Below are positions 7,076-17,697 of a stretch of 64,000 bases of DNA, one piece after another. The notes beneath the pieces were generated by a model, which searched no databases, had not been told where the DNA came from, and worked only from the letters and a program-made list of their open reading frames with translations. The DNA is from Candidatus Enterocola intestinipullorum. Lineage in GTDB: Bacteria > Bacteroidota > Bacteroidia > Bacteroidales > Paludibacteraceae. The stretch lies in contig JADIMR010000033.1 of the NCBI GenBank assembly GCA_017694565.1, positions 3,501-67,500 on the forward strand, given 5' to 3'. The position numbers and the translations under genes were made by a program. Each line of letters starts with the position of its first letter. Within the stretch, counting starts at the first letter, position 1.

Positions 7076-9862
7076 ATGATCCCGTTTCTTAAAAACGTGG
7101 CGGAAATTTTTGTCAGGGAATATCCGGATGATATTTCCTATTTCTGTTTCGTGTTTCCGAACCGCAGGGCCGGAACATTTTTCAAGAAATATTTAAAGGA
7201 ATCGTGCGTCAGGACGATGCTCTCGCCTGAAATAACTACCATAAAGGACTTTTTCGCTTCATTAAGCGATTTGACAGAGGACGACCCGATGGCTTTGTCC
7301 CTGCGCTTGTACAAAATCTATGCAAGCATGGCCAAGCAGGAAGGATGGGAACCGCAAACATTCGATGAATTTGCCCCTTTCTCGCAAACATTGCTATCCG
7401 ATTTCGACGACATTGACAATTACCTTGCCGATGCTTCGCAATTATTCACGAATGCCAAAGAGCTGCATGAAATCGACCATTCGGACTATTTAAGCGAAGA
7501 GCAACGCAGGGTCCTCTCGGAATTTTTCAAATTCCACGATTCATCGGAAACCAAAGAACGACAGGCGCGTTTTTTCAAAACATGGCAAATGCTCTATCCA
7601 ATGTACTGCCGTCTGAAAGAAGAACTCGCCGCCGAAGGGCTGTGCTACCCGGGTATGCGCGACCGTATTACCGTCGAGAGGGAGCTTTTGGATGTCCCGT
7701 ATGAAAAAGTGGTTTTCGTAGGATTCAATGCGATCAGCGAAGTGGAAAGGCGGTTATTCATGAAGCTGAAACACAAAGCGGATTTTTACTGGGACTATGA
7801 TTCCGGACTTGTCCGCGATCCGGCAAACAAGGCTTCTTTTTTCGTCAAACGTAATTTAAGCGATTTCCCCTCCCGGCATTCTTTGACTGATACCGGAACT
7901 GATTCGTTCCCTGAAGTGGAACTGTGGAACATATCCTCATCTGTCGGACAATGCGACATTGCCGGACACATAATCAGCAAGGAAATGCCCGAATCTGAAA
8001 ACGGCAACGCGGTGGTGCTATCGGATGAAAACCTGCTCGTACCGATGCTTTACCGCATTCCCGAGAGCCACGGAAAGGTGAACGTAACAATGACCTACCC
8101 CGTAAGGCAGACAGCGATTCCCTTGTTAGTGGAGAATTTCCTTTTGCTGAAAAATTCGGAGGAGAATGGAACATACTACCACAAACACGTTTTTGACATG
8201 CTCAAACACCCGTATATTTTCGGCAACATGGAATTACGGGAAAGCATAAACGGACTATTAAGGAATTTCACGGCTTCGAGAAAAATAAGGATTGCCGCAA
8301 GCGAGATAGATATTGATGATGACGGGCTTCGCGTCCATATTTTCGGACATTGCGAAAAACCATTGGAGCGATTGGCGCATCTAATGGTATTTTTGGCAGA
8401 TAACGGGAATTTCAAGATTTCCGGCATGGAAAGGGAAATGCTGCTAGATTGCTCCGCAAGCATAGGAAGGCTGTCCCGGCTGATGGAAAAATGGAATATT
8501 TCACCATCCGTATTGACTCTGATGCGCTCGATAATATCGATATTGTCTTCAAAAGGGGTCGCTTTCGAGGGAGAACCGTTGGCCGGATTGCAAATTATGG
8601 GAATGCTGGAGACCCGTTGTCTTGATTTCGACAACATAATAATATGTTCATTCAATGAAGGGATTTTCCCGAAAACGGAGCTTGCAACCAGTTTTATCCC
8701 CTACAATTTGCGCAAGGCATTCAACCTTCCTACCACGGAACACCAAGATGCCGTTTTCGCTTATCATTTTTACCGTTTGATTTACAGGGCCAAAAAGATA
8801 TGGCTGTTATATAACAGCAGGGCTGATGGCGTAAACAGCGGCGAAGAAAGCCGCTATGTAAAACAAATGCGTTATCTTTATGATATTGGAATTAAAAACC
8901 GGTCGGCATCGCATTCCGCCGTCAGCCTGCGAAAGGAAAATCTTCCAGTTGCCAAAAACGAGGAGATCATGTCGGAACTTTCAAAGTTCATCGACAACGC
9001 AGGGGACAATAGTGAAAAAGAACTGTTTTCACCCAGCGCGTTCAACGAATATATCATCTGCGGCAAAAAATTTTATTTCAACCGTGTCTTGAAATTGTCA
9101 AAACCGGATGAAATGGAAGAAATTTCACAACCCAATGTTTTCGGGGACATTGTCCACGAGGTCATGAAGCGGCTTTATGCCCCATACATGGCGAAAGATG
9201 TTACCGCCGGGGACATTAAATCAATAATGAAAAACCACGGTCTGATATCGGACTGCATGACAGAGGCTTTCAAAAAAATCAACAAAGCGGATTCCGATAC
9301 CATGTCCGGATACGACGCCTTTCTTTTCAGGATTGTGGAAAGTTTCATTTTAAGATGCCTTGCGCAGGATATTACAGTGGCTCCGTTCACATTATTGCAT
9401 ACGGAAAAATTCTTTTATTTCCCGTATCGACTCCCAGCGAGCAAAAAGAAAATCAGGATCGGCGGGGTAATCGACAGGATCGACCGGCTGCCTGACGGGA
9501 CAATCCGCATTTGCGATTACAAAACAGGCAAGGATGACGTGCACGTAACTGGCAAGTTGATGGAAGATTCAAAATTCAAGGCTGCCCGTCAATTGTTGTT
9601 TTACAGGAAACTATATTCGGCCAACGTGCGCGAATACGGCAATATCGAACTGCACGTCTATCCGATTCGCAAACTGTCGGAAAATTACCGTGAGAACAGC
9701 AGCACGAGCACATTGATAAAAACGGATGAATCGACAATCGGGACTTTCGATAAAGGTTTTGACGATATCCTCGAAGAAATCTTCAATCCGGAAAGCGATT
9801 TCAGGCCCGCAAAGGACGAACAGGCATGTAAATATTGCGATTTCAAGCAAATTTGCGGCTAA
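7076..9862 (+). CDS. PD-(D/E)XK nuclease family protein, AddB-like
   Basis: C-terminal RecB-type nuclease core (GGVIDRIDRL...ICDYKTGK) and a terminal C-x2-C-x5-C (CKYCDFKQIC). The ATG at 7076 is preferred over the TTG at 7052 used by the track. Confidence 0.75.
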   Translation: MIPFLKNVAEIFVREYPDDISYFCFVFPNRRAGTFFKKYLKESCVRTMLSPEITTIKDFFASLSDLTEDDPMALSLRLYKIYASMAKQEGWEPQTFDEFAPFSQTLLSDFDDIDNYLADASQLFTNAKELHEIDHSDYLSEEQRRVLSEFFKFHDSSETKERQARFFKTWQMLYPMYCRLKEELAAEGLCYPGMRDRITVERELLDVPYEKVVFVGFNAISEVERRLFMKLKHKADFYWDYDSGLVRDPANKASFFVKRNLSDFPSRHSLTDTGTDSFPEVELWNISSSVGQCDIAGHIISKEMPESENGNAVVLSDENLLVPMLYRIPESHGKVNVTMTYPVRQTAIPLLVENFLLLKNSEENGTYYHKHVFDMLKHPYIFGNMELRESINGLLRNFTASRKIRIAASEIDIDDDGLRVHIFGHCEKPLERLAHLMVFLADNGNFKISGMEREMLLDCSASIGRLSRLMEKWNISPSVLTLMRSIISILSSKGVAFEGEPLAGLQIMGMLETRCLDFDNIIICSFNEGIFPKTELATSFIPYNLRKAFNLPTTEHQDAVFAYHFYRLIYRAKKIWLLYNSRADGVNSGEESRYVKQMRYLYDIGIKNRSASHSAVSLRKENLPVAKNEEIMSELSKFIDNAGDNSEKELFSPSAFNEYIICGKKFYFNRVLKLSKPDEMEEISQPNVFGDIVHEVMKRLYAPYMAKDVTAGDIKSIMKNHGLISDCMTEAFKKINKADSDTMSGYDAFLFRIVESFILRCLAQDITVAPFTLLHTEKFFYFPYRLPASKKKIRIGGVIDRIDRLPDGTIRICDYKTGKDDVHVTGKLMEDSKFKAARQLLFYRKLYSANVREYGNIELHVYPIRKLSENYRENSSTSTLIKTDESTIGTFDKGFDDILEEIFNPESDFRPAKDEQACKYCDFKQICG

Positions 9863-9901
9863 TACCTTAAAACTAATACTATAAAAAACGACAGTAACAA
9901 A

Positions 9902-11377
9902 ATGAAAAAGATTGTAATCATAGGCAGCGGCGTTGCCGGACTTTCCGCAGGCATTTATGCACGCAAATACGGATTCGATTGTGAAATATACGAGAAGAAC
10001 CATAATGCAGGCGGACAATGCGTGGCATGGAAACGCAAAGGTTACACCATAGACAACTGCGTGCATTGGATGACCGGTACTTCGCCGGAGAAAGAAATAT
10101 ACCAGACATGGTGCGAAGTGGGAGTTCTCGGTAAAGACCGCGAGGTGATTCAAAACGAATCTTTCCTGCACTTGGAATACGGGGGCCAAAGCTTGGATTT
10201 GTGGTATGACGAAGAACGTATGCGCAAAGACATGCTTGCCCTGTCGCCGGAAGACAAGGACGCGATCGAGGAGTTCATCGACACCGTGCGTGTTTACAAA
10301 GGAATGGAAATGGCAGCAAGAAAGCCTTTCGAACAATTTTCGTTGAGCGAAAAATTCCGTTTTATCAAGAAATTGTCGAAAATCGGTCCGGTACATGCGA
10401 AATTGGGAAAAACCAAATTGGAAGTTTACGCTTCCAAATTCAAACATCCTTTGTTGCGCAAAGCAGTTACCGCATACATACCAAGAAATTACAACGTGTC
10501 GTCGTGGTTCTACATCTTGGGAACTTTTTGCAGCGGGAACGGCGGCCTGCCGAAAGGCGGCAGCGAGGGCATTACGAACCACATGCTCGGCACGTTCCTG
10601 CAACTCGGCGGGAAAATATACTATAACAAGGAAGCTGTCGGCATAAAAAAACATAAGAACATCACAGATGCAGTGATATTCGCGGATGGAAGCGAAGTCA
10701 AATCCGACTTTTATGTTTTTGCATGTGACGTATCGGTGGTGTTCAACAAAATCCTCGGGCTTACGCACATTGACGATTTTTTCAGGTCGCGTTTCATTCA
10801 AGGAATAAAACATCCAATATATTCTTCAATAAACGTATACATAGGCGTGGATAAGGATAAAAGCGCGTTCTTGCCCGACACTTCATGGTGGGAAGGACAA
10901 GGTTTTGAAGTATGCGGCAAGGTTGTAAAATCATTCCTGCTTAAAAGTTACGCATCAGAACCGTCATTCGCTCCCGAAGGGAAAACTTTGCTCCAAGCCA
11001 TGATCGTGCAATTCGTCAGCGATTTCGAATGTTGGCGCAACATGTACGAATACGACCGGGAGACTTACAAACAAGCCAAAGCACGAATCGCGGCAGCCGT
11101 GGTTCGCAATTTGAAAGCGCAATATCCGCAAATCGGTGATGCGGAAGTGGTCGAAGTCGTAACACCGATGAGCTTCTATCGCTGGTGCGGCTCATACAAA
11201 GGAGCGTACATGAGCTTCGTACTTACCCCGTTCGCGAAAAAGAAAACCCACAAGGGACACATCCGGGGATTGAAGAACGCATATCTTGCCGGACAATGGC
11301 TGCAACCTCCCGGTGGGCTTCCCAACGCATTGGTTACGGGCAAATTCGCAATCCAACGCATCATAAAAGACAATTAG
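9902..11377 (+). CDS. NAD(P)/FAD-dependent oxidoreductase, phytoene-desaturase/amine-oxidase-like
   Basis: N-terminal dinucleotide-binding motif KIVIIGSGVAGLSAG...YEK...GG. 491 aa. Confidence 0.8.
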   Translation: MKKIVIIGSGVAGLSAGIYARKYGFDCEIYEKNHNAGGQCVAWKRKGYTIDNCVHWMTGTSPEKEIYQTWCEVGVLGKDREVIQNESFLHLEYGGQSLDLWYDEERMRKDMLALSPEDKDAIEEFIDTVRVYKGMEMAARKPFEQFSLSEKFRFIKKLSKIGPVHAKLGKTKLEVYASKFKHPLLRKAVTAYIPRNYNVSSWFYILGTFCSGNGGLPKGGSEGITNHMLGTFLQLGGKIYYNKEAVGIKKHKNITDAVIFADGSEVKSDFYVFACDVSVVFNKILGLTHIDDFFRSRFIQGIKHPIYSSINVYIGVDKDKSAFLPDTSWWEGQGFEVCGKVVKSFLLKSYASEPSFAPEGKTLLQAMIVQFVSDFECWRNMYEYDRETYKQAKARIAAAVVRNLKAQYPQIGDAEVVEVVTPMSFYRWCGSYKGAYMSFVLTPFAKKKTHKGHIRGLKNAYLAGQWLQPPGGLPNALVTGKFAIQRIIKDN

Positions 11378-11414
11378 CATACCCTGCGAGTAAGCTATTT
11401 AAAGTTTTAAATGC

Positions 11415-11422
11415 TAAATTTG
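11415..11422 (+). promoter_or_regulatory. Candidate -7 box upstream of the ThrE-like gene
   Basis: TAAATTTG fits TAnnTTTG and lies 54 nt upstream of the ATG at 11476. A hairpin lies in between. Confidence 0.2.
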
Positions 11423-11432
11423 CACCGGATTC

Positions 11433-11466
11433 AGGAAAACCGGACGAATCCGGTTTCCTTTGTTTG
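11433..11466 (+). terminator. Rho-independent terminator-like hairpin after the oxidoreductase gene
   Basis: AGGAAAACCGGA-CGAA-TCCGGTTTCCT followed by TTTGTTTG. Confidence 0.55.
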
Positions 11467-11475
11467 ATTATCGTC

Positions 11476-12282
11476 ATGCAAGAAAACAAAACTGCCATAC
11501 TTCCGGATGGCGGCACCCATGCCGATTTGAAGAAAAAATGTGATTTTCTGAGCAATTACGCGGCGACATTGCTCGGATGCGGAGCTACCTGCGTCAGGAT
11601 TGAGAAAAATGCGGGCCGCATGGCCTCCGTTTTCGGAACACAGATAAACCTGACCATACTGCCGTCGCACGTCCTTGTCACTTTGTGGGACGAGAAGCAC
11701 CTGCACTCTTACCATAACATGATCAAACCGGCCAAAAGCGTCATAAACTACGAACTTAACACAAGGTTAAGCAAATTGAGCTGGGAAGTCGCCGACCATG
11801 GCCTTTCGATAGACGAAACCCTGAAACGTTACGAGAAGATCACATCCGAGCCGACATACAACCAGTATGCCGTAATGCTGATGGCTTCCGTCGCCAATGC
11901 CTCGTTCTGCCGGCTTTTCGATGGAGACGCGGTATCCATGGGCATAGTATTCGCGGCAACGATGGCCGGGTACTTGATAAAAATATTGTTAGGCAAGCGT
12001 CATATAGATGCACGCATGGTAACGTTCTTTGCGGCATTCGCTTCAACCCTGATAGCCGCGCAGTCGCGGAACATCGGTTTATGCGGGACTCCTGACGTAG
12101 CCATCGCCACAAGCATCCTATACCTTATTCCCGGAATCCCGTTCATAAATTGCATGAGCGACCTGATGGCCGGCCATTACGTCTCGGCATACAGCAGGTT
12201 CGTACATGCGGCATTGATAGTCATCTGCCTTTCCGCAGGTCTTTGTTGCGGCATGGCTCTTATGAAAATCACCTTCTTTTGA
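11476..12282 (+). CDS. Threonine/serine exporter (ThrE) family membrane protein
   Basis: The track ORF starts at 11185 and overlaps the previous gene. The first sensible ATG is 11476 (MQENKTAIL...). Soluble N-terminal part plus multi-pass C-terminal part. Adjacent to a ~170-aa partner, as is typical for ThrE/ThrE_2 pairs. Confidence 0.7.
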   Translation: MQENKTAILPDGGTHADLKKKCDFLSNYAATLLGCGATCVRIEKNAGRMASVFGTQINLTILPSHVLVTLWDEKHLHSYHNMIKPAKSVINYELNTRLSKLSWEVADHGLSIDETLKRYEKITSEPTYNQYAVMLMASVANASFCRLFDGDAVSMGIVFAATMAGYLIKILLGKRHIDARMVTFFAAFASTLIAAQSRNIGLCGTPDVAIATSILYLIPGIPFINCMSDLMAGHYVSAYSRFVHAALIVICLSAGLCCGMALMKITFF

Positions 12283-12292
12283 AAGAACTGTC

Positions 12293-12802
12293 ATGGAAAT
12301 GTTTTTAACCATACTCGAAGACATGATTTTTTCAGCCCTGGCATCAATGGGCTTTGCCAGCATAAGCAACACGCCGCGTTCCGCAATGAAGTATTGTGCA
12401 ATCACGGCGGCCATCGGCCATTGTCTGAGAACAATATTGATGGAATCCGCAGGAATGCACATCATACCCGCATCCACAATTGGGGCGTTCGCGATAGCAT
12501 TGGTGGCGATTCCGTGCGCACAATGGGTAAAATGCCCGCCTGAAAGCTTTTCTTTCCCGGCCATGCTGCCCATGATTCCGGGCATGTACGCATACCGCAC
12601 CGTACAAGGTCTTGTCCTGTGCCTCGGTGCAAATGACCAAGGCACGTTCCTGCACTATTTTTACCTTATGTGCTATAACGGGCTGACTTGCACATTAATC
12701 ATAGCCGGATTGGTAGTAGGCGTTTCAATGCCGAATTTCATATTCAAAAAACTGTCGTTTACCTCCACCAAAAACGGTCCGGGTCGTTCGGACGACTTAT
12801 GA
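12293..12802 (+). CDS. Threonine/serine exporter family protein, small subunit (ThrE_2-like)
   Basis: 169-aa protein with four or five TM helices, directly downstream of the ThrE-like gene. Confidence 0.7.
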   Translation: MEMFLTILEDMIFSALASMGFASISNTPRSAMKYCAITAAIGHCLRTILMESAGMHIIPASTIGAFAIALVAIPCAQWVKCPPESFSFPAMLPMIPGMYAYRTVQGLVLCLGANDQGTFLHYFYLMCYNGLTCTLIIAGLVVGVSMPNFIFKKLSFTSTKNGPGRSDDL

Positions 12803-12805
12803 AAC

Positions 12806-13429
12806 ATGGATGAAATACTGAAATATTTTCCACGCTTGACAGCTGCGCAAATAGACAAATTCGCCGCGCTGCAAGATTTGTACGAAGATTGGAATGCCAA
12901 AATCAATGTCATTTCACGAAAAGACATAAGCAACCTGTATCTTCATCATGTACTACACTCGTTGTCCATTGCGAAGATACTGCCGCTCAAAGCCGGCAAC
13001 AAAGTTGCCGATGCAGGTACCGGCGGAGGATTTCCGGGCATACCATTGGCGATAATGTTTCCTGATTCACAATTCGAACTGATAGATTCGACAGGAAAAA
13101 AATTAAAGGTTGTAGACGACATAGCAGGAAAACTCAGTATCGGGAACGTATCCACAAAACACAGCCGCATGGAAGACGTAAGGAACTGCTACGATTTCAT
13201 AGTAAGCCGTGCAGCATTAAGCCTTCCGGATTTGGTGAAAGTGTGCCAAGGCAAAATCAGCAAGGAACAACGCAATTGCATTCCCAACGGCCTGATATGT
13301 TTGAAAGGCGGTGATTTGACAGATGAAATCAAACCATTCAGGAAAATCGCGGAAGTATACGAATTGCAGGATTTTTTCGAAGAAGAGTATTTCACAACAA
13401 AAAAAGCCATATATATACCGCTATGCTGA
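12806..13429 (+). CDS. rsmG: 16S rRNA (guanine527-N7)-methyltransferase
   Basis: 207 aa. SAM-binding motif DAGTGGGFPGIPLAI. GidB-like length and layout. Confidence 0.9.
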   Translation: MDEILKYFPRLTAAQIDKFAALQDLYEDWNAKINVISRKDISNLYLHHVLHSLSIAKILPLKAGNKVADAGTGGGFPGIPLAIMFPDSQFELIDSTGKKLKVVDDIAGKLSIGNVSTKHSRMEDVRNCYDFIVSRAALSLPDLVKVCQGKISKEQRNCIPNGLICLKGGDLTDEIKPFRKIAEVYELQDFFEEEYFTTKKAIYIPLC

Positions 13430-14061
13430 TAAAAAATTTCATTTTCAATCCCATAGAAGAAAACACATACGTATTGGCCGATGAAGATTCCAAAAGGTGC
13501 ATGATAATAGATGCCGGGTGTCTCTTTCCCGATGAAAAGGAGGAACTCGCAAAATACATTGAAACCAACGGTTTTGTCGTGGACAGGCTTATAAATACCC
13601 ACCTGCACTTGGATCATTGTTTCGGCAACCGGTTCGTAAGCGAGAAATACGGTATCTTGCCCGAAGCACACGAAAACGACGAACAACTGTTGTCGATGAT
13701 GAACCTGCATTCGAAAATGTGGGGGCTGCCATTTGACGAAGAACCCCAGACATTGGGTGGATACCTTTATGACGGGGACGTTATAGTAATGGGAAACATA
13801 CATGTCAAGGTGTTGCATGTTCCCGGACATTCACAAGGAGGATTGGCGTTCTATATTGAAGACGGCGGCGTATTGTTTTCCGGCGACACATTGTTTTACG
13901 AAAGCATAGGACGTTCCGACCTGCCCGGCGGCAACCAGGAGCAACTCGTCGAATCGATACAAACCAAGTTGTTCTCCCTGCCCGACGAAACGAAAGTCTA
14001 CACCGGACACGGCCGCGCCACAAGCATCAGGCACGAAAAGGAACATAATCCGTATGTTTAA
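13423..14061 (+). CDS. MBL-fold metallo-hydrolase (glyoxalase II-like)
   Basis: HxHxDH motif (NTHLHLDHCFGN), then HVPGHS and GDTLF. Overlaps the rsmG stop by 7 nt. Confidence 0.85.
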   Translation: MLIKNFIFNPIEENTYVLADEDSKRCMIIDAGCLFPDEKEELAKYIETNGFVVDRLINTHLHLDHCFGNRFVSEKYGILPEAHENDEQLLSMMNLHSKMWGLPFDEEPQTLGGYLYDGDVIVMGNIHVKVLHVPGHSQGGLAFYIEDGGVLFSGDTLFYESIGRSDLPGGNQEQLVESIQTKLFSLPDETKVYTGHGRATSIRHEKEHNPYV

Positions 14062-14074
14062 CCAAGTGTCAGGA

Positions 14075-14096
14075 GAGACGCGGCGCGCCGCGTCTC
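14075..14096. terminator. GC-rich 22-bp perfect palindrome downstream of the MBL gene
   Basis: GAGACGCGGCGCGCCGCGTCTC. No flanking T-run on either strand, so terminator function is uncertain. Confidence 0.3.
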
Positions 14097-14240
14097 GGAA
14101 AATGTCCAGTATACTCGTTTCCACCGCGAATGCGCTTCGTTTAATTCGCTAATTAAGCATAAAGGAATCCGCACACAAGGCGCAGGTTCCTGCGTCATGA
14201 ATGCACTAAGTTGCAATAAACACATCTTAGCGTCAGTACA

Positions 14241-14345
14241 ACGTTCAAGGAAGCACGCCCCGGCGGGGGGTAGGATTATTGACCTGTCCGGTCAAAAATC
14301 ATGAGGATAAGACAATGGCAAGCATTAACCTGCGAAGCAGGTTAA
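14241..14345 (-). repeat. Module A copy A4 (reverse orientation) plus GAA-triloop hairpin
   Basis: The reverse complement reads GCTTGCCATTGTCTTATCC, then hairpin TTGACC-GGACA-GGTCAA, then CCCC-GCC-GGGG, then GCTTCCTTGAACGT. Adjacent is TTAACCTGC-GAA-GCAGGTTAA (14325-14345). Confidence 0.8.
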
Positions 14346-14388
14346 GTCGCCCCGACGGGTCGAACATTTTGATACTGTAATATCGTTA

Positions 14389-14847
14389 TTATTTGATTGT
14401 TACGATAGGAACTGTTTTGTTAGTACCATCATAATATTTATATATGCCTATTTGCACGGCGCATTCCCCTTTTGGTACTTTTATTTTTTGTTCATCATAA
14501 AAGCTTTTGTTTTCATCTGCCAGGAACAGGACTGTTATCCCATTAGAAAACACATCATCGCTATAAAAGGGTACTTTTTCAACAGCAAGGGCATTACCGT
14601 TTTCCAGCACTTCCTTCACTTCAAATGAGTTTGACGAAACACAATCTCCATCGTGTTCAAGCATCGTAATTCCATTATCGGTATCCGAATGATCAAGTGG
14701 CCGAGAAAGCGGATGTCCAATTGTAATTCCATTATCGGCATCGGTATCGGTAGTAGAAGAGTTTATATTGACCAATATGCAAGCGAACATGATTAAGAAA
14801 ATCACTCCGCAAATGAATCCTGACAAAAAAACGAGAAAACTTTTCAT
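14389..14847 (-). CDS. Hypothetical membrane-anchored protein
   Basis: 152 aa. N-terminal TM helix and an internal duplication DTDADNGITIGHP / DTDNGITMLEH. No recognisable catalytic motif. Confidence 0.5.
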   Translation of the reverse strand: MKSFLVFLSGFICGVIFLIMFACILVNINSSTTDTDADNGITIGHPLSRPLDHSDTDNGITMLEHDGDCVSSNSFEVKEVLENGNALAVEKVPFYSDDVFSNGITVLFLADENKSFYDEQKIKVPKGECAVQIGIYKYYDGTNKTVPIVTIK

Positions 14848-14848
14848 A

Positions 14849-15709
14849 TCATTTGTTTTTCACGGTTAAAAATGCTTGCGGCAAATGGTTGATTATATCC
14901 ATTGCCGTTATATATTCTTCGCTTAATTCACGTGATGCGAAATCCCCGGCCGCCCCATGCAAGAATACACCGAATGCGGCAGCTTGCAAAGGAGTGTATT
15001 TTTGAGCAAGCAACGACGCTATTATACCGCAAAGCACGTCGCCGCTGCCAGCCGTGGCCATGCCCGCATTGCCAGTGGTATTCTCATAGACCACCGGGCC
15101 GGGGGCAAAAATTTTGCTCCGATGTCCTTTCAATACAAGCACGATTTTATGTTCGTGCGCGAAACAGGCGGCTTTCGCCTCACGCTCTGCCGCACTTTGG
15201 CATTTGCCTGCCAAACGTTCAAACTCCCCTACATGCGGGGTCAAAATACTATCCTGCGGAATTTTGCCTTGAAGATTGTTGAATGCAATCAGATTCAGCG
15301 CGTCGGCATCCAAAACCAAAGGAATGCCGGATGAAAGCAAGGCCTTTACTTTTAATAATGCCGCTTCACTTCGCCCTAACCCGCAGCCGCAAGCGGCCAC
15401 GTCGAAACGTGCAAAGGATGGTTCTTCGGCAATGAACATGGCTTCGGGAACGGACGTTTGCAACGGATTGCGGCATATTTCTTCCGACCACACAGTCGCA
15501 AGTCCGGCACCGGAATGCAGACAAGCGCGCGTACTCAATATTGCCGCCCCGCACATTCCGGCACTTCCCGCGACCATTAGCACATGCCCGTAATCGCCCT
15601 TGTAACTGTCCTGTTTACGGGGGTTGTATATCTTCCGTGCGGCTTTTATGTCGAATATTCGGATCATCGCGGTCAATTGCCAGCGGGCAGCCATACGGAC
15701 TGCCAACAT
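14849..15709 (-). CDS. nnrD: ADP-dependent NAD(P)H-hydrate dehydratase (YjeF C-terminal type)
   Basis: GDYGHVLMVAGS and GNAGMATAGSGDVLCGIIAS motifs. An alternative start is at 15667 (MIRIFD). Confidence 0.85.
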   Translation of the reverse strand: MLAVRMAARWQLTAMIRIFDIKAARKIYNPRKQDSYKGDYGHVLMVAGSAGMCGAAILSTRACLHSGAGLATVWSEEICRNPLQTSVPEAMFIAEEPSFARFDVAACGCGLGRSEAALLKVKALLSSGIPLVLDADALNLIAFNNLQGKIPQDSILTPHVGEFERLAGKCQSAAEREAKAACFAHEHKIVLVLKGHRSKIFAPGPVVYENTTGNAGMATAGSGDVLCGIIASLLAQKYTPLQAAAFGVFLHGAAGDFASRELSEEYITAMDIINHLPQAFLTVKNK

Positions 15710-15723
15710 TGTGAAAGAAACGT

Positions 15724-17628
15724 TCAGCTTATGGTTTTCAAAAGGTTTTTCAAGGTTTTTGCAATACCTTCGGCATCCATGCCGAGCGCATGGTGCAATT
15801 CATTCACCGTACCATGTTCCACGAAAGTATCAGGAATACCTACCCGTTTTACCATAATACGTGTGCCTTTGTCGGCATAATGTTCCAAAACGGCACTACC
15901 GAAGCCGCCTTGCAAAACACCGTCTTCGACCGTAAGCACGGCTTTGAATTTCCTTGATACTGCATCCAACATCTTAGTATCTATCGGTTTTACGAATCGC
16001 ATATTAATCCATGCGACTTTATCGGCATCGTCGCCCAACATTCCTATCGCTTTGTTAACCGCATTGCCTATATGCCCGATGCTTAATACCGCTATGTCGC
16101 TGCCTTCCTTCATTTTTACCGCCTTGCCTATCTCTACGGCTTCCATCGGCATACCGGCCCATTTTTCCCCGGCTCCTTTACCCCGTGGATAACGTATGGC
16201 AATCGGAGAGTTTCCCGGAAGCTGGGCGGTATACAACATGTTCCGCAATTCGTATTCATTTAACGGAGCCGCAAGCGTGAGGTTCGGGATGCAACGCAAA
16301 TATGCAATGTCGAATGCGCCTTGGTGGGTTACGCCGTCAGCACCGACAACTCCTGCCCTGTCCACGCACAAAACCACCGGCAACTTCAAAATGGCGACAT
16401 CATGTATTATGTTATCGTAAGCCCTTTGCAGGAACGATGAATAAATATTACAATACGGAAGCATTCCTTCCTTTGCCAAGCCCGCCGAGAAAGTTACGGC
16501 ATGGCCTTCCGCTATGCCGACATCGAATACCCTGTCGGGCATTTCTGCCATCATCATGTTCATTGAACATCCAGAAAGCATTGCGGGTGTGATTCCGACT
16601 ATTTTCGGGTTCTGCCTTGCCAATTCCAATAGGGTTTTGCCGAATACGTCCTGGTACAATGAACAATTGTCTGCGTTTTCTATTATCCGCCTGCCCGTTA
16701 CGGGATCGAACTGTCCGGGAGCATGCCATTGGGGAGCGGATTTTTCGGCAGGCGCGAACCCTTTGCCTTTTATCGTGCGGATGTGCAGCACTTTTGGACC
16801 TTCAAGGTCTTTTATATCACGAAGTACCCTTACCAATTGAACGACATCATGTCCGTCCAATTGACCGAAATATCTTATGTTCAACCCCTCGAAAATATTT
16901 CCGGGACTGTCCGATGCTATGCTTTTTACCGAATTCGCGAAACGCAGGAAAGCGTTTTTCTTGCGGTCGTTCATCAAACCGGCACGTTTCAGGACATGGT
17001 AACTTTTGAAACGCAGTGTATTGTATTTTTTCGATGTGGTAAGGTGCATCAGGTAATCGCTCAAACCGCCGACAGGTTTGTCTATGGACATGTTGTTGTC
17101 GTTCAGTATTATGAGCAAGTTGTTGGGATGGACGCAAACATTGTTCAAACCTTCGAAAGCAAGGCCTCCCGTCATTGCCCCGTCCCCGATTACGGCAATG
17201 ACTTTCCTGTCGTCATCATTCATGTAATCCGCCACGCTTATACCCAATGCGGCCGATATGGAATTGGAGGCATGGCCGGCGATAAATGAATCATACTTGC
17301 TTTCACGCGGATTAGGGAAACCGCTGATACCCTTGTACTTGCGGTTGGTATTGAAAACCGCCCTGCGCCCCGTCAGGATCTTATGGCTGTATGCCTGGTG
17401 GCCCACATCCCAAACAATGCGGTCAGTGGGAGTGTTGAAAACATAATGCAAGGCGACAGTCAATTCTATGGCACCGAGACTGGATGCAAGGTGTCCGGGA
17501 TTATTGGCCAATTGGTCTATTATGAAATGCCTGATTTCTTCGCACAACGAAGGCAGTTGTTCCTGCTCCATTTTACGAAGGTCGTCGGGAAATTCTATTT
17601 GTGTAAGAAACTTATATTTGTTTTCCAT
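15724..17628 (-). CDS. dxs: 1-deoxy-D-xylulose-5-phosphate synthase
   Basis: [12 protein letters not shown] and the TPP motif [16 protein letters not shown]. The track start at 17631 is a TTG; the ATG at 17628 gives MENKYKF. Confidence 0.97.
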   Translation of the reverse strand: MENKYKFLTQIEFPDDLRKMEQEQLPSLCEEIRHFIIDQLANNPGHLASSLGAIELTVALHYVFNTPTDRIVWDVGHQAYSHKILTGRRAVFNTNRKYKGISGFPNPRESKYDSFIAGHASNSISAALGISVADYMNDDDRKVIAVIGDGAMTGGLAFEGLNNVCVHPNNLLIILNDNNMSIDKPVGGLSDYLMHLTTSKKYNTLRFKSYHVLKRAGLMNDRKKNAFLRFANSVKSIASDSPGNIFEGLNIRYFGQLDGHDVVQLVRVLRDIKDLEGPKVLHIRTIKGKGFAPAEKSAPQWHAPGQFDPVTGRRIIENADNCSLYQDVFGKTLLELARQNPKIVGITPAMLSGCSMNMMMAEMPDRVFDVGIAEGHAVTFSAGLAKEGMLPYCNIYSSFLQRAYDNIIHDVAILKLPVVLCVDRAGVVGADGVTHQGAFDIAYLRCIPNLTLAAPLNEYELRNMLYTAQLPGNSPIAIRYPRGKGAGEKWAGMPMEAVEIGKAVKMKEGSDIAVLSIGHIGNAVNKAIGMLGDDADKVAWINMRFVKPIDTKMLDAVSRKFKAVLTVEDGVLQGGFGSAVLEHYADKGTRIMVKRVGIPDTFVEHGTVNELHHALGMDAEGIAKTLKNLLKTIS

Positions 17629-17665
17629 CAAACTTCAAAATTGCTTGCGTAAAAAGCCCATCTTG

Positions 17666-17673
17666 CAAATTTA
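17666..17673 (-). promoter_or_regulatory. Candidate -7 box upstream of dxs
   Basis: The minus strand reads TAAATTTG (TAnnTTTG), 38 nt upstream of the ATG. Confidence 0.3.
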
Positions 17674-17697
17674 ATAATTTTTTACCATTTATTCCCC

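Noticed and set aside
9611-10813. 400-aa minus-strand ORF opposite the FAD-dependent oxidoreductase gene
   Set aside because: It is a shadow ORF. The plus-strand product carries a clear Rossmann motif, and the minus-strand product has none.
11185-11475. 97-codon extension of the ThrE-like ORF overlapping the end of the oxidoreductase gene
   Set aside because: It overlaps a supported CDS and crosses a terminator-like hairpin. The ATG at 11476 is the sensible start.
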